From Escherichia coli (GTDB lineage Bacteria > Pseudomonadota > Gammaproteobacteria > Enterobacterales > Enterobacteriaceae), in the NCBI RefSeq assembly GCF_030013595.1, contig NZ_CP122768.1: DNA of 64,000 bases; one strand, written 5' to 3'. Both the position numbers and the translations under genes were made by a program. Position 1 is the stretch's first letter. Every line of letters begins with the position of its first letter. This document shows, in pieces, positions 56,396 through 64,000 of this stretch. The notes under the pieces are model-generated. The model searched no databases. It saw only the letters and a program-made list of their open reading frames with translations, and had not been told where the DNA came from.

Positions 56396-57094
56396 TTACT
56401 GCGAAAGTTTGTTAATGGAAAGGAAGCCGCCAAAGTTGCCGACGTTATTGCGGAACTTACAACCGCTCAGGCATTTGCTGCATTTATCCTTCGTGATATC
56501 GGAGGTCGGCTGGTCATATTCATCCGCGACCGCCGGACCGTGATAACCGCACTCATCGCCGCGATAGGTCCAGGTGCAGGTGTTGGCCAGCATGATACGC
56601 CCCGGAAAAACAGCGCCGTCCGTTTCCGTCGGCGTGGCCAGTACAAAAGAGGCACTGACCGCGCTCAGTTCGCTGCACTGCTCGATGCGCCAGCGGCTGA
56701 TCACCTCCTGCTCCGGGTCGGCGTCACTGTTTCCGTTGACGAAGTTCACCGCATCCAGAAAACGGGCGTAAACCTTACGCCGGACCACCGTTCCGCCGAC
56801 CAGACTCTGCAGATCTTCCGCCATCCCGGTGACCATACCGTGCAGGTTAGAAACCGTCAGTGTCGGACGGGCAGCACTGCCCTTGCCGTTCAGTTCAAAT
56901 CCTGTCCCCTGAATGGGGTATGCCTGATACTGCCGCCCCTGCCAGGTAACCGGCTCACCTTTTTCGTTCTGCTCATTACAGAAAAAATAACGTTCACCAC
57001 CGACCTCTGTCAGATCGATTTCCCAGAGCACCACCTGGGCTGACTGAGTGAGGCGTGTCGTCTCATGATGTGTTTCCTGTGGAATATCCTGCAT
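56396..57094 (-). CDS. L: Minor tail protein L
   Basis: 232-aa ORF MQDIPQETHHETTRLTQSAQVVLWEIDLTEVGGERYFFCNEQNEKGEP; lambda gpL-like. Confidence 0.85.
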   Translation of the reverse strand: MQDIPQETHHETTRLTQSAQVVLWEIDLTEVGGERYFFCNEQNEKGEPVTWQGRQYQAYPIQGTGFELNGKGSAARPTLTVSNLHGMVTGMAEDLQSLVGGTVVRRKVYARFLDAVNFVNGNSDADPEQEVISRWRIEQCSELSAVSASFVLATPTETDGAVFPGRIMLANTCTWTYRGDECGYHGPAVADEYDQPTSDITKDKCSKCLSGCKFRNNVGNFGGFLSINKLSQ

Positions 57095-57103
57095 CAGAGC
57101 CTC

Positions 57104-57433
57104 CTATGCCACGACCTGTTCAAAATCTGCCGTTATGGTTACCCACAGCGCCCCCACGCTTGCCGACCATTTACGACAAACCACCCTAATCGGTTTCCAG
57201 TCATAAGGTGGCGTCCACTGAAATGCGCGGACGCCACCGTGCCGTTCCAGAAAGGCTTTTAAAGATGGGTGTTCACATTTACGAACACGTATCGTCACGC
57301 TGTAAGTCGACAACTGGTTATTCAGTCCCGCCGCACGACGCTGTTCATAACCATCGCCCAGCTTCACTGTCACCACTTTCGGCTCTGATACCACATTCAT
57401 ATCCGGGCGCACTTTCCAGTGAAACGTCTCCAT
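57104..57433 (-). CDS. M: Minor tail protein M
   Basis: 109-aa ORF METFHWKVRPDMNVVSEPKVVTVKLGDGYEQRRAAGL; lambda gpM-like. Confidence 0.85.
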   Translation of the reverse strand: METFHWKVRPDMNVVSEPKVVTVKLGDGYEQRRAAGLNNQLSTYSVTIRVRKCEHPSLKAFLERHGGVRAFQWTPPYDWKPIRVVCRKWSASVGALWVTITADFEQVVA

Positions 57434-60400
57434 TACCGATATGCTCCACTTAACCGACCACCATCACGGGCCTGCTGTTGCATAAAGTCCGCTGCCGCTT
57501 TTTTCCCAAGGTCATAAACCACCTTCAGGGCAGCCGGACCTATCTGCCCGTTCGTGCCATCGTTATTGATCTCAATGTTGTACTGCGGGGCAAACATCGC
57601 CATACCTGAACCACCAATATCCGCCACAACCCCCAGCTTACCGTCAGCACCACGACGCAGTGGCAGAATGGCTTCAGGTCCAGCTTCCCCCATCACACCC
57701 GCGCCTTTTGCAAAAGCAAAAAACGTCGGACGGTTAACCACCGTGCCACTGTAACGACTCAAATCAGCAGACTGATAAATCCCCCCATTGGCATTCAGGG
57801 AAAGGCTGCTGAGATCAAATCCCAGTACACTGCCAATCCCTTTTATCGATTTCATCATGGTTGCCTGCGCCAGGATTTTCGCCATATCTGACAGCACCGA
57901 AGAGGTGAAGGATTTGAAGTTGAGTTTGCCGGTAGTGACAAAAGTTGCCAGGCCATTTCCCATGTTGCTGAAGGCTGATGAGAACACCTGTTCTGCTGTT
58001 CCTGCCGTATTGTCTGCATCCACGGTAAAATCCTGAAATGCACGCAGGACTCCGTTTTTCCAGTTACCCTGCACAACTTCAAGCTGTTGCCAGTAACGGC
58101 GATTCTCATTCAGTTGTCGGTTCAGGCTCTCCGTCAGCGCCTGCTCGGCCTTTCTGTAGTCATCCGTGTTATATGTCCCTTTCTGCTCACTATCCCGCCT
58201 CAACTGCTCCAGCTGTTGCTGGTATTTCTGGCGAAGACTCAGTTGTACCTGATATCGCTGCCGCTGCTGATCACCCATACCCACCGTGGCGATATCCAGG
58301 TCATGTTGCTGACGCTGAGCGCGCTCTTCTTCAGCCAGTTGACTGGTCAGCTGAATTGTTTTTTTCTTCAGATCGTTGAGTGCCGTCTGTTTCTGAAGCT
58401 CCTGCTGTTTTACATCCAGCAGCGTCAGTGCCTGAATCAGTTCATCTTTACGGGCCAGCACACTCTTTTCATCTGCCGTCAGTTTTTTCCCGTCCAGATC
58501 GCTGATGCGCTGCTGCAGAGCCAGAAGCTGTTTATGCGCTTCTGTCATCTTTTCAGTGGCAATGCCTGCTGACTGTCTTGCAGCAGCAATCTGTCCTTCC
58601 ACCTGTGCCTGTTGCTGACTGTACTGCAGCAATAACCGGGTGGCCTCATCATTACGGGGTTCGCGTGTTTTTTTCTTACCGGATGCCAGGGCTTTCTCGT
58701 AACGTTCATTTTCACGTTGTATCGCCGCATCCCTGACAGCCTGATCGGCGTACTGCATGGCATTAATACGCGCAATTTCACGCTGATGTCGTGCTGCTTC
58801 CGTTTCATTCATCCGGTTCAGTGCAGCATTTTCAGCATTACGGCGTTTCTGTTGCTCCTGATAATTCCGCTCTGCCTGCTCTTTTGCATCCTGCAAATCC
58901 TTCTGGCGTTTTTTCTCCTGAAGCTCGTTAAGACGCTGCTGATCGTACTCAACCTGAGAAGATGATGCCGTCCAGGGGAGTCTTTTCGCCCGCGACACTT
59001 TCTCCTGTAAAGCGGCAATCTGTTCATCCAGCGAGTCTTCACGACCAATATTCATGGCCGCATCCCAGAAACGACTCCATAAATCAGACAGATACTTCAG
59101 CGTACTGCCCAGCGCATTGAGGTTATTATCAATATCCGCAGTACGCCGACCGGTTTCCTCTGCCAGTGCAGACATGGCTATCCGTGCCGCATCACTGGAC
59201 CGCCCCTGTTCCCCAAGGACGCGTATCTGTTCAAGCTGAGTGGCAGTAAGAAAATGCAGCTCATTGTCCAGAGCCTTCGCGGCATTTACAGGATCATCCT
59301 TCAGCCGCTTAAACTGATTTATGGTATCGCTGACCGACTGGCCAACCGATCGCTCCATCTGTGCGGCAGCTCTCGCCACCATACCGATATCGTTTCCACG
59401 AAATGCACCACTCCCCACCACCTGAGCCAGCGCACCGGCTGCAGCATGTTGCGTAATACCATTCCCGGAAATAGCACGACTGAGCGTCCACAGCTGCCCG
59501 GCAGTGACTCCGGCATAATGCCCCGTCAGCGACAACTGGCGGTTAAATTCTTCCCCCTCCTTCTGACCATCATACCAGGCTTTACCCAGACCATAGACGG
59601 CCGCGGCAATACCGCCAATAACCCCACCTGGCATCATGCCTTTCGGTGACATCAGTGTGTCTATCCATCCGGCACGGTTAGCCAGCGTTATCCCGGATCC
59701 CCTCAGCGCACCTAAATTGCCGCGAGCCAGTTCACCTATCAGAACGCCTATCTCCTGGCGGGCCGCTGCACTTTTCAGACCCAGCGAATGCGTGGCTTTT
59801 CCTGCCTGCTCCATTTTGCGGATATACACTTCTGCAGCACTGCTTACCCCCAGCTGGGCAGCCTTAGCACGAAGCAACTCAGAAGAAGAAAGATTCTGGC
59901 GGGTTGCCTGCTCTTTAAGCTGACGGATAAACGCCACTTTCTGTCGGGTAGCCTCTGCCTCAGCCTGCGTAAGAACACGGGTTTTCGCCGTAACCTCAGA
60001 AATCAGCGCCAGATAATCCTGCTGACCAATCCCGCCACTGTTTCTGGCCTGTCGGATCTGCTGCTGAATACGCTGTAATTCCTGCAGCCCCGCACTGGCC
60101 TGTTTCACACTGTCAATCTGACGATAAAACGCAGCAGCCGCTTTATCCTGAGCCTCCGCCAGAGCCATGGCCTGCGCCTGTTCCTCGCGCATTTTCTGGC
60201 TCAGTGCCTCCATACGCTGGCGGGTTTGCTCCACCTCGCGGGCCATGCGTTCATGAGCCTGTGCGCTCTTCTCCACCGTCTGCGCATGGACGGATGCGGC
60301 TGTTGCAGCCGAAGAAGCCGCCTGCATTGTCTGCCGGGCGGCCTGAGTCTGACGCTCCATAAAACGCTGCATACGGGCAGAAGACCGTTCTGCATCGCTG

Positions 60401-60507
60401 GCTGTACCATTCAGAAGGTTTTTGATACGGGGAATTTCATTTTTAAACTCTGCCGCATCAATCCCCAAATCAATGACCAGGTTGGCTATCTGGTCCATAA
60501 CGCACAC
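57433..60507 (-). CDS. H: Tail tape measure protein H
   Basis: 1024-aa ORF, coiled-coil-rich (Q/E/R/A-rich) with glycine-rich C-terminal region; lambda gpH position. Confidence 0.85.
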   Translation of the reverse strand: MCVMDQIANLVIDLGIDAAEFKNEIPRIKNLLNGTASDAERSSARMQRFMERQTQAARQTMQAASSAATAASVHAQTVEKSAQAHERMAREVEQTRQRMEALSQKMREEQAQAMALAEAQDKAAAAFYRQIDSVKQASAGLQELQRIQQQIRQARNSGGIGQQDYLALISEVTAKTRVLTQAEAEATRQKVAFIRQLKEQATRQNLSSSELLRAKAAQLGVSSAAEVYIRKMEQAGKATHSLGLKSAAARQEIGVLIGELARGNLGALRGSGITLANRAGWIDTLMSPKGMMPGGVIGGIAAAVYGLGKAWYDGQKEGEEFNRQLSLTGHYAGVTAGQLWTLSRAISGNGITQHAAAGALAQVVGSGAFRGNDIGMVARAAAQMERSVGQSVSDTINQFKRLKDDPVNAAKALDNELHFLTATQLEQIRVLGEQGRSSDAARIAMSALAEETGRRTADIDNNLNALGSTLKYLSDLWSRFWDAAMNIGREDSLDEQIAALQEKVSRAKRLPWTASSSQVEYDQQRLNELQEKKRQKDLQDAKEQAERNYQEQQKRRNAENAALNRMNETEAARHQREIARINAMQYADQAVRDAAIQRENERYEKALASGKKKTREPRNDEATRLLLQYSQQQAQVEGQIAAARQSAGIATEKMTEAHKQLLALQQRISDLDGKKLTADEKSVLARKDELIQALTLLDVKQQELQKQTALNDLKKKTIQLTSQLAEEERAQRQQHDLDIATVGMGDQQRQRYQVQLSLRQKYQQQLEQLRRDSEQKGTYNTDDYRKAEQALTESLNRQLNENRRYWQQLEVVQGNWKNGVLRAFQDFTVDADNTAGTAEQVFSSAFSNMGNGLATFVTTGKLNFKSFTSSVLSDMAKILAQATMMKSIKGIGSVLGFDLSSLSLNANGGIYQSADLSRYSGTVVNRPTFFAFAKGAGVMGEAGPEAILPLRRGADGKLGVVADIGGSGMAMFAPQYNIEINNDGTNGQIGPAALKVVYDLGKKAAADFMQQQARDGGRLSGAYR

Positions 60508-60799
60508 CTCCGGAAATACCTTCCCCCAGATGCATCAGTTCTTCGTCCGTTCGCTCCGGTATCCCGTTCTCTTCCGGTAAAAGGCTGAAATCAGCCACCG
60601 CAGCATCACTGCTACCGGACACCATTCTCACGATCAATGCCTTCAGCGAGGCAAACTGCGCATCCATCCACACATCACTGAAGCTCTGCATCCGGAAATA
60701 ATCGCCCCACTCACCAAGCTCAGTGGCCGACATTTCCGACAGCATCCGCCGCCAGTCTGCCCGCCGGAACTCCCGGGCAAGCCGCATGACAAACTGCAT
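60470..60799 (-). CDS. T: Tail assembly chaperone T segment (expected to be expressed as G-T fusion by -1 frameshift)
   Basis: ORF in the -1 frame relative to G and overlapping its end; lambda G/GT arrangement. Confidence 0.65.
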   Translation of the reverse strand: MQFVMRLAREFRRADWRRMLSEMSATELGEWGDYFRMQSFSDVWMDAQFASLKALIVRMVSGSSDAAVADFSLLPEENGIPERTDEELMHLGEGISGGVRYGPDSQPGH

Positions 60800-60807
60800 T
60801 TCCCGCG

Positions 60808-61236
60808 TCAGGACTTTTCCGGCGTCAGCACCTCATGCTCCAAATCCCCGGCATTCTCAATGGCTCCCATACCGCTCAGCGACAGAACCATCTCCGCCCC
60901 CGCTCCCAGGGCATCATACGACCATGTTGTAATAACGGATGCGCAAAGCGTCTCAACATCCTGAGACTGTTCCGCATTCCACAGTGAGCGGGAAACCAGC
61001 CAGGCATTGATATCCATCCCCATCCGCAGAAAAGCAATCTGTCGTTCAGCCTCCGGCAGTTCTCCCTCTTCGGCATCAAACTTTGCCGTTCGCTGCTGAA
61101 CAAACGCCAGATATTCAATTCTCTGCAGCCCGGACAGCTCACTGAGCACCACGGACTGCTTTTCATAATTAAACGTGCCCTGTTTCAGAAACATCATGTT
61201 CTCCACCTGCAAAAAAGCCCCGGATAACCGGGGCAA
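60808..61236 (-). CDS. G: Tail assembly chaperone G
   Basis: 142-aa ORF ending EHEVLTPEKS; position between V and T. Confidence 0.8.
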   Translation of the reverse strand: MPRLSGAFLQVENMMFLKQGTFNYEKQSVVLSELSGLQRIEYLAFVQQRTAKFDAEEGELPEAERQIAFLRMGMDINAWLVSRSLWNAEQSQDVETLCASVITTWSYDALGAGAEMVLSLSGMGAIENAGDLEHEVLTPEKS

Positions 61237-61254
61237 ATGATGAGTATCGTCCTG

Positions 61255-61998
61255 TTAACCTGCGGCGCTGACAGCCACCGCAGCCACTGCCACAAAATCG
61301 CCGTCAGAAGTCATGCCCACAATGCTGACACTGCCCTGCTTCACGCCTTTCACCGTGGCCACAAGCCCGTTCAGGGTCACCGTGGCAGTCTGTGGATCTG
61401 TCGAATGCACACTGATCGCTTTGTCACTGGCTCCGTCAGGTTTTACTGTAAAGGTCAGCGTGGTGGTTGCTCCCACTTTTACACTGGCAGATGCCGGTGA
61501 TACTGTCAGCCCGGTAACGCTCACGGTTTCAGTGCCTTCCTCTGCCAGATACGGACGCCCCACACCGCTGATTTTCACTGTGCGGGTCATCACGTCTTTT
61601 GAGGCAATGGTTTTACCCAGTGAGCTCAGCCAGCCACGGAAAACATCAACAGTGCCGTTGGGATATTTGATACGAAACGCGCAGACTTCACCGGAGTCGA
61701 ACAACTGAACCAGTTTTTTCTGCCCGCTGTCACCCGGACGCCAGGCCAGCGTCGCCGAAGTATCACCGACGGATTTCTGCCCCTGGGTTGTCGTTTTCCA
61801 GTCTGCATCTTCATCATCGAGATAAGTGTCATCTTCTGCATCAGCGGTCATTTCGCCAGGTTGCAGATCCTTCACCATCGCAAGACGCAGCCAGTCAGTG
61901 TCCGATAAAGGGTTCGCAAACGCATCGCCCTTGCCGGTGTACATCCAGAACGTCGTTCCCGCACCTTTCGTTTTTGCCAGTGGATTTGGTGTGGTCAT
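61255..61998 (-). CDS. V: Major tail protein V with C-terminal Ig-like domain
   Basis: From internal Met: MTTPNPLAKTKGAGTTFWMYTGKGDAFANPLSDTDWLRLAMVKDL (lambda gpV-like), C-terminal Ig-like segment; track ORF starts 25 codons earlier. Confidence 0.85.
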   Translation of the reverse strand: MTTPNPLAKTKGAGTTFWMYTGKGDAFANPLSDTDWLRLAMVKDLQPGEMTADAEDDTYLDDEDADWKTTTQGQKSVGDTSATLAWRPGDSGQKKLVQLFDSGEVCAFRIKYPNGTVDVFRGWLSSLGKTIASKDVMTRTVKISGVGRPYLAEEGTETVSVTGLTVSPASASVKVGATTTLTFTVKPDGASDKAISVHSTDPQTATVTLNGLVATVKGVKQGSVSIVGMTSDGDFVAVAAVAVSAAG

Positions 61999-62008
61999 TG
62001 CCACCTCC

Positions 62009-62409
62009 TTAATTCGTGTACGTGATCTGGTACGTGATTTCCGCCATCGCCCAGGTGGCCATCTCATTATCACGTTGATAGTTAAAACCGAGTGGGATCA
62101 GGGTGTCGATGAGTCCGGAAAGTGCCGGTACATCATTCAGGGCCGGGAAAATGGTGCTCTCCATCCACATATCCAGCTCTGAATCCGGTGCCTGTGCCCG
62201 GATGAAGACAGCAATATGCAGAACAGCCTGCCAGTCATCTTCATCCGTCATTTTTCCGGTGTACTGAGCATCACTCAGCCACACCGCCACGGCAGGCAGT
62301 TCCTGCGCATCAACAAATGCCGGAAGCCCGTCAAAAAACGTGGCGCTGTCTCCACACTGTTCCCGAAGGCGTGCCAGTACGACCTGCGGATTTGTGTATG
62401 TCGGTTCAT
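62009..62409 (-). pseudogene. U: Tail terminator protein U, apparently frameshifted near codon 9
   Basis: ATG overlapping the Z stop (62407-62409) opens a frame reading MNRHTQIRR... that ends after 43 codons; the U-like body (VVLARLREQCGDSATFFDGLPAFVDAQELPAVAVWLSDAQYTGK...ITYQITYTN) is in the -1 frame with no ATG/GTG/TTG before the GTG at 62290. Confidence 0.5.
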
Positions 62410-62984
62410 CGGGTCAGCCATAACCTCAGTTGTTGTTTCAGTGCATACCCCAGCTGTTTCGGCATTTCCGCAGCAATGATGCGGTCGCGGGCATCTTCAA
62501 ATGCCTGTGTCAGCTGTCCGGACAGAGGGATTTTCACCACATCAATGGGGTAACGATTTTTGCCATCAATACGCCGCATCACATGCCAGCGACCATTCGC
62601 CAGTTGCTGAATAAACGCATCCCGGAAAAGATATTTACCCACCTTCAGCACGCTGCCACGGTACTGCAGTTTTCCACCACGCCGGGTCAGTCTGACCCGG
62701 GCGGTCCCCAGCTTAATGGCAGGCAGATTGCCCCGGTTAACGCGGATCCTGGCCGTCATTTTTCCTGACGGACTGGCTTTAAACACCCGGACACGCTGAC
62801 GTACCAGTTTCAGGGGGATCCCTTTCACCTGGTTATCTCCCGCAACGGTATTCCCGGCAACCTGCCGGGTGGCAACCGAGACCGCTTTCTGTGCCACACG
62901 GTTTATCGCCCATGCGCTGGCCTGTGGCACCATACGGGTATCAAGGCTGTTCAGATTGCGGATGGCATTCTCAAGCCCCTTCAT
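62406..62984 (-). CDS. Z: Tail completion protein Z
   Basis: 192-aa ORF in lambda gpZ position and size. Confidence 0.75.
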   Translation of the reverse strand: MKGLENAIRNLNSLDTRMVPQASAWAINRVAQKAVSVATRQVAGNTVAGDNQVKGIPLKLVRQRVRVFKASPSGKMTARIRVNRGNLPAIKLGTARVRLTRRGGKLQYRGSVLKVGKYLFRDAFIQQLANGRWHVMRRIDGKNRYPIDVVKIPLSGQLTQAFEDARDRIIAAEMPKQLGYALKQQLRLWLTR

Positions 62985-62995
62985 CCCACACCTCT

Positions 62996-63271
62996 TTACT
63001 CAATAAAGATCATTGGCTTACCGTTAAAGCGTTCATGCCGTGTGACCGTCCAATGTTGTCCGTCATAAACAACGCGATCCCCGCGCCGTGGGCGGTATCC
63101 CGAAGAAAACACCACCAGAGAGACCGCAGGTCCGGACAGAGCATTCAGCTCTGCCAGTGTTTCTCCCGGGATCACAGTCATATCGACATCATTAATCGAG
63201 GCTGTCTTTCCCATCTTTCTGACCGTGATCGCATCCATACGCGCTGCCAGCCGGGAAAAGGGATCAGACAT
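62996..63271 (-). CDS. Head-tail joining protein (FII-like)
   Basis: 91-aa ORF MSDPFSRLAARMDAITVRKMGKTASINDVDMTVIPGETLAELNALSGP; position upstream of Z. Confidence 0.55.
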   Translation of the reverse strand: MSDPFSRLAARMDAITVRKMGKTASINDVDMTVIPGETLAELNALSGPAVSLVVFSSGYRPRRGDRVVYDGQHWTVTRHERFNGKPMIFIE

Positions 63272-63587
63272 TGAGTTTTACCGGCACTTCTTCTGCACTG
63301 GTTCCGGCATCTGCCCAGACAACCCCGACCAGCGGATCAGAGCCGCTGTTAGTCAGCTGAACTTTTCCGGACTTCAGATAAACCTTCTTACCCGTTTTCA
63401 TGTCATCCGTTTTCAGCTTAGGCAGCATAAACACACCTTCGGTCAGGCCGTCGCCTGTTTCACCCTGTGGAATATCGGTCAGCGCCACCGCAAAAACATC
63501 ACCCACCTGCACCAGGTCTCCGCTGCTGATGGCTGCACTGGCAACAATCGCCACCGTTTTTCCTTCTTCTACAAAATTCTTTGCCAT
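63264..63587 (-). CDS. Small phage head-associated protein (DUF2190-like)
   Basis: From internal Met: MAKNFVEEGKTVAIVASAAISSGDLVQVGDVFAVALTDIPQGETGDGLTEGVFMLPK; track ORF extends upstream across a terminator. Confidence 0.45.
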   Translation of the reverse strand: MAKNFVEEGKTVAIVASAAISSGDLVQVGDVFAVALTDIPQGETGDGLTEGVFMLPKLKTDDMKTGKKVYLKSGKVQLTNSGSDPLVGVVWADAGTSAEEVPVKLNV

Positions 63588-63630
63588 AACTGTCTCCGCA
63601 CAGCCTCGTTCAGGGGCTGATTTCAGGTAC

Positions 63631-63650
63631 AAAAAAAGCCCTTACGGGCC
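63631..63650 (-). terminator. Intrinsic terminator after the upstream head gene
   Basis: Minus strand reads GGCCC-GTAA-GGGC (GNRA-type loop) followed by T7. Confidence 0.5.
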
Positions 63651-63673
63651 ATCAGAGTTGTTGTCTGCGACGT

Positions 63674-64000
63674 TTACGCCGTACATTTCACCAGACCGCG
63701 GTGATCAACTGGCGCGACACCGGCGTCAATACGCACTTTCGTTGTCACGCCATCCACACTGAAGCCCTCCATCTGATCAATATATGGCGTATCCACACCG
63801 TTGAGATAAGCCACTTCAATCGTATCGGAGCCTTTTGACGCAGCCAGGTAGAAGGTGGTCTGGCTGTTATCATCAAGACGGGGCTCTGCAATAACGGTCG
63901 CAAAATCTTTCACCGGGTTAATAATACCGGCGTTAATGTCAGCCCCCTTGACACTTGAGGAGCGAATGACCTGGTTAGCAACAGACTCCATCGCCGTCGG
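63674..64000 (-). CDS. Phage structural protein, probable major capsid C-terminal fragment; 5-prime end outside window
   Basis: Minus-strand frame open to the window edge, ending ...GVAPVDHRGLVKCTA; followed by a strong terminator as is common after capsid genes. Confidence 0.4.
   Translation of the reverse strand, partial: PTAMESVANQVIRSSSVKGADINAGIINPVKDFATVIAEPRLDDNSQTTFYLAASKGSDTIEVAYLNGVDTPYIDQMEGFSVDGVTTKVRIDAGVAPVDHRGLVKCTA

Larger units (their letters stand above)
44160..64000. mobile_element. Lambda-like prophage, right portion (tail module plus accessory region); continues beyond window
   Basis: Contiguous lambda-order tail genes on the minus strand (Z, U, V, G/T, H, M, L, K, I, J, lom, stf, tfa), then an AT-rich accessory segment abutting prfC; no E. 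coli core genes after prfC. Confidence 0.85.

Overview
The window is Escherichia coli chromosome spanning the conventional coordinate origin in reverse-complement orientation, followed by the tail end of a lambda-like prophage inserted next to prfC. All calls are from reading the sequence and ORF track by eye; no searches were run. Core genes run dnaK (partial), yaaI, yaaW, satP, mog, talB, yaaJ, yaaA, yaaX, thrCBA-thrL, lasT, yjjY, arcA, creDCBA, rob, gpmB, yjjX, trpR, slt, ettA, nadR, radA, serB, ytjB, lplA, deoDBAC, yjjI, yjjW, yjjV, yjjU, ytjA, osmY, prfC. Departures from the K-12 layout as I recall it: ytjB carries an in-frame TAA, and the yjjJ (hipH) position holds only a short XRE-type HTH ORF. 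From about 44160 to the window end is a lambdoid prophage: tail genes tfa, stf, lom, J, I, K, L, M, H, G/T, V, U, Z and head-proximal genes on the minus strand, with U apparently frameshifted. The most interesting locus is the AT-rich accessory region between prfC and tfa (44300-46850): an SOS-boxed dinI-like pseudogene, a promoter, a hairpin-rich leader bracketed by an 11-nt inverted repeat, a SLATT-like multi-TM gene, and a translationally coupled reverse transcriptase (YVDD) with a C-terminal extension. I read this as a candidate RT-based anti-phage module (retron-like or UG/Abi-like) that I cannot assign to a named family.
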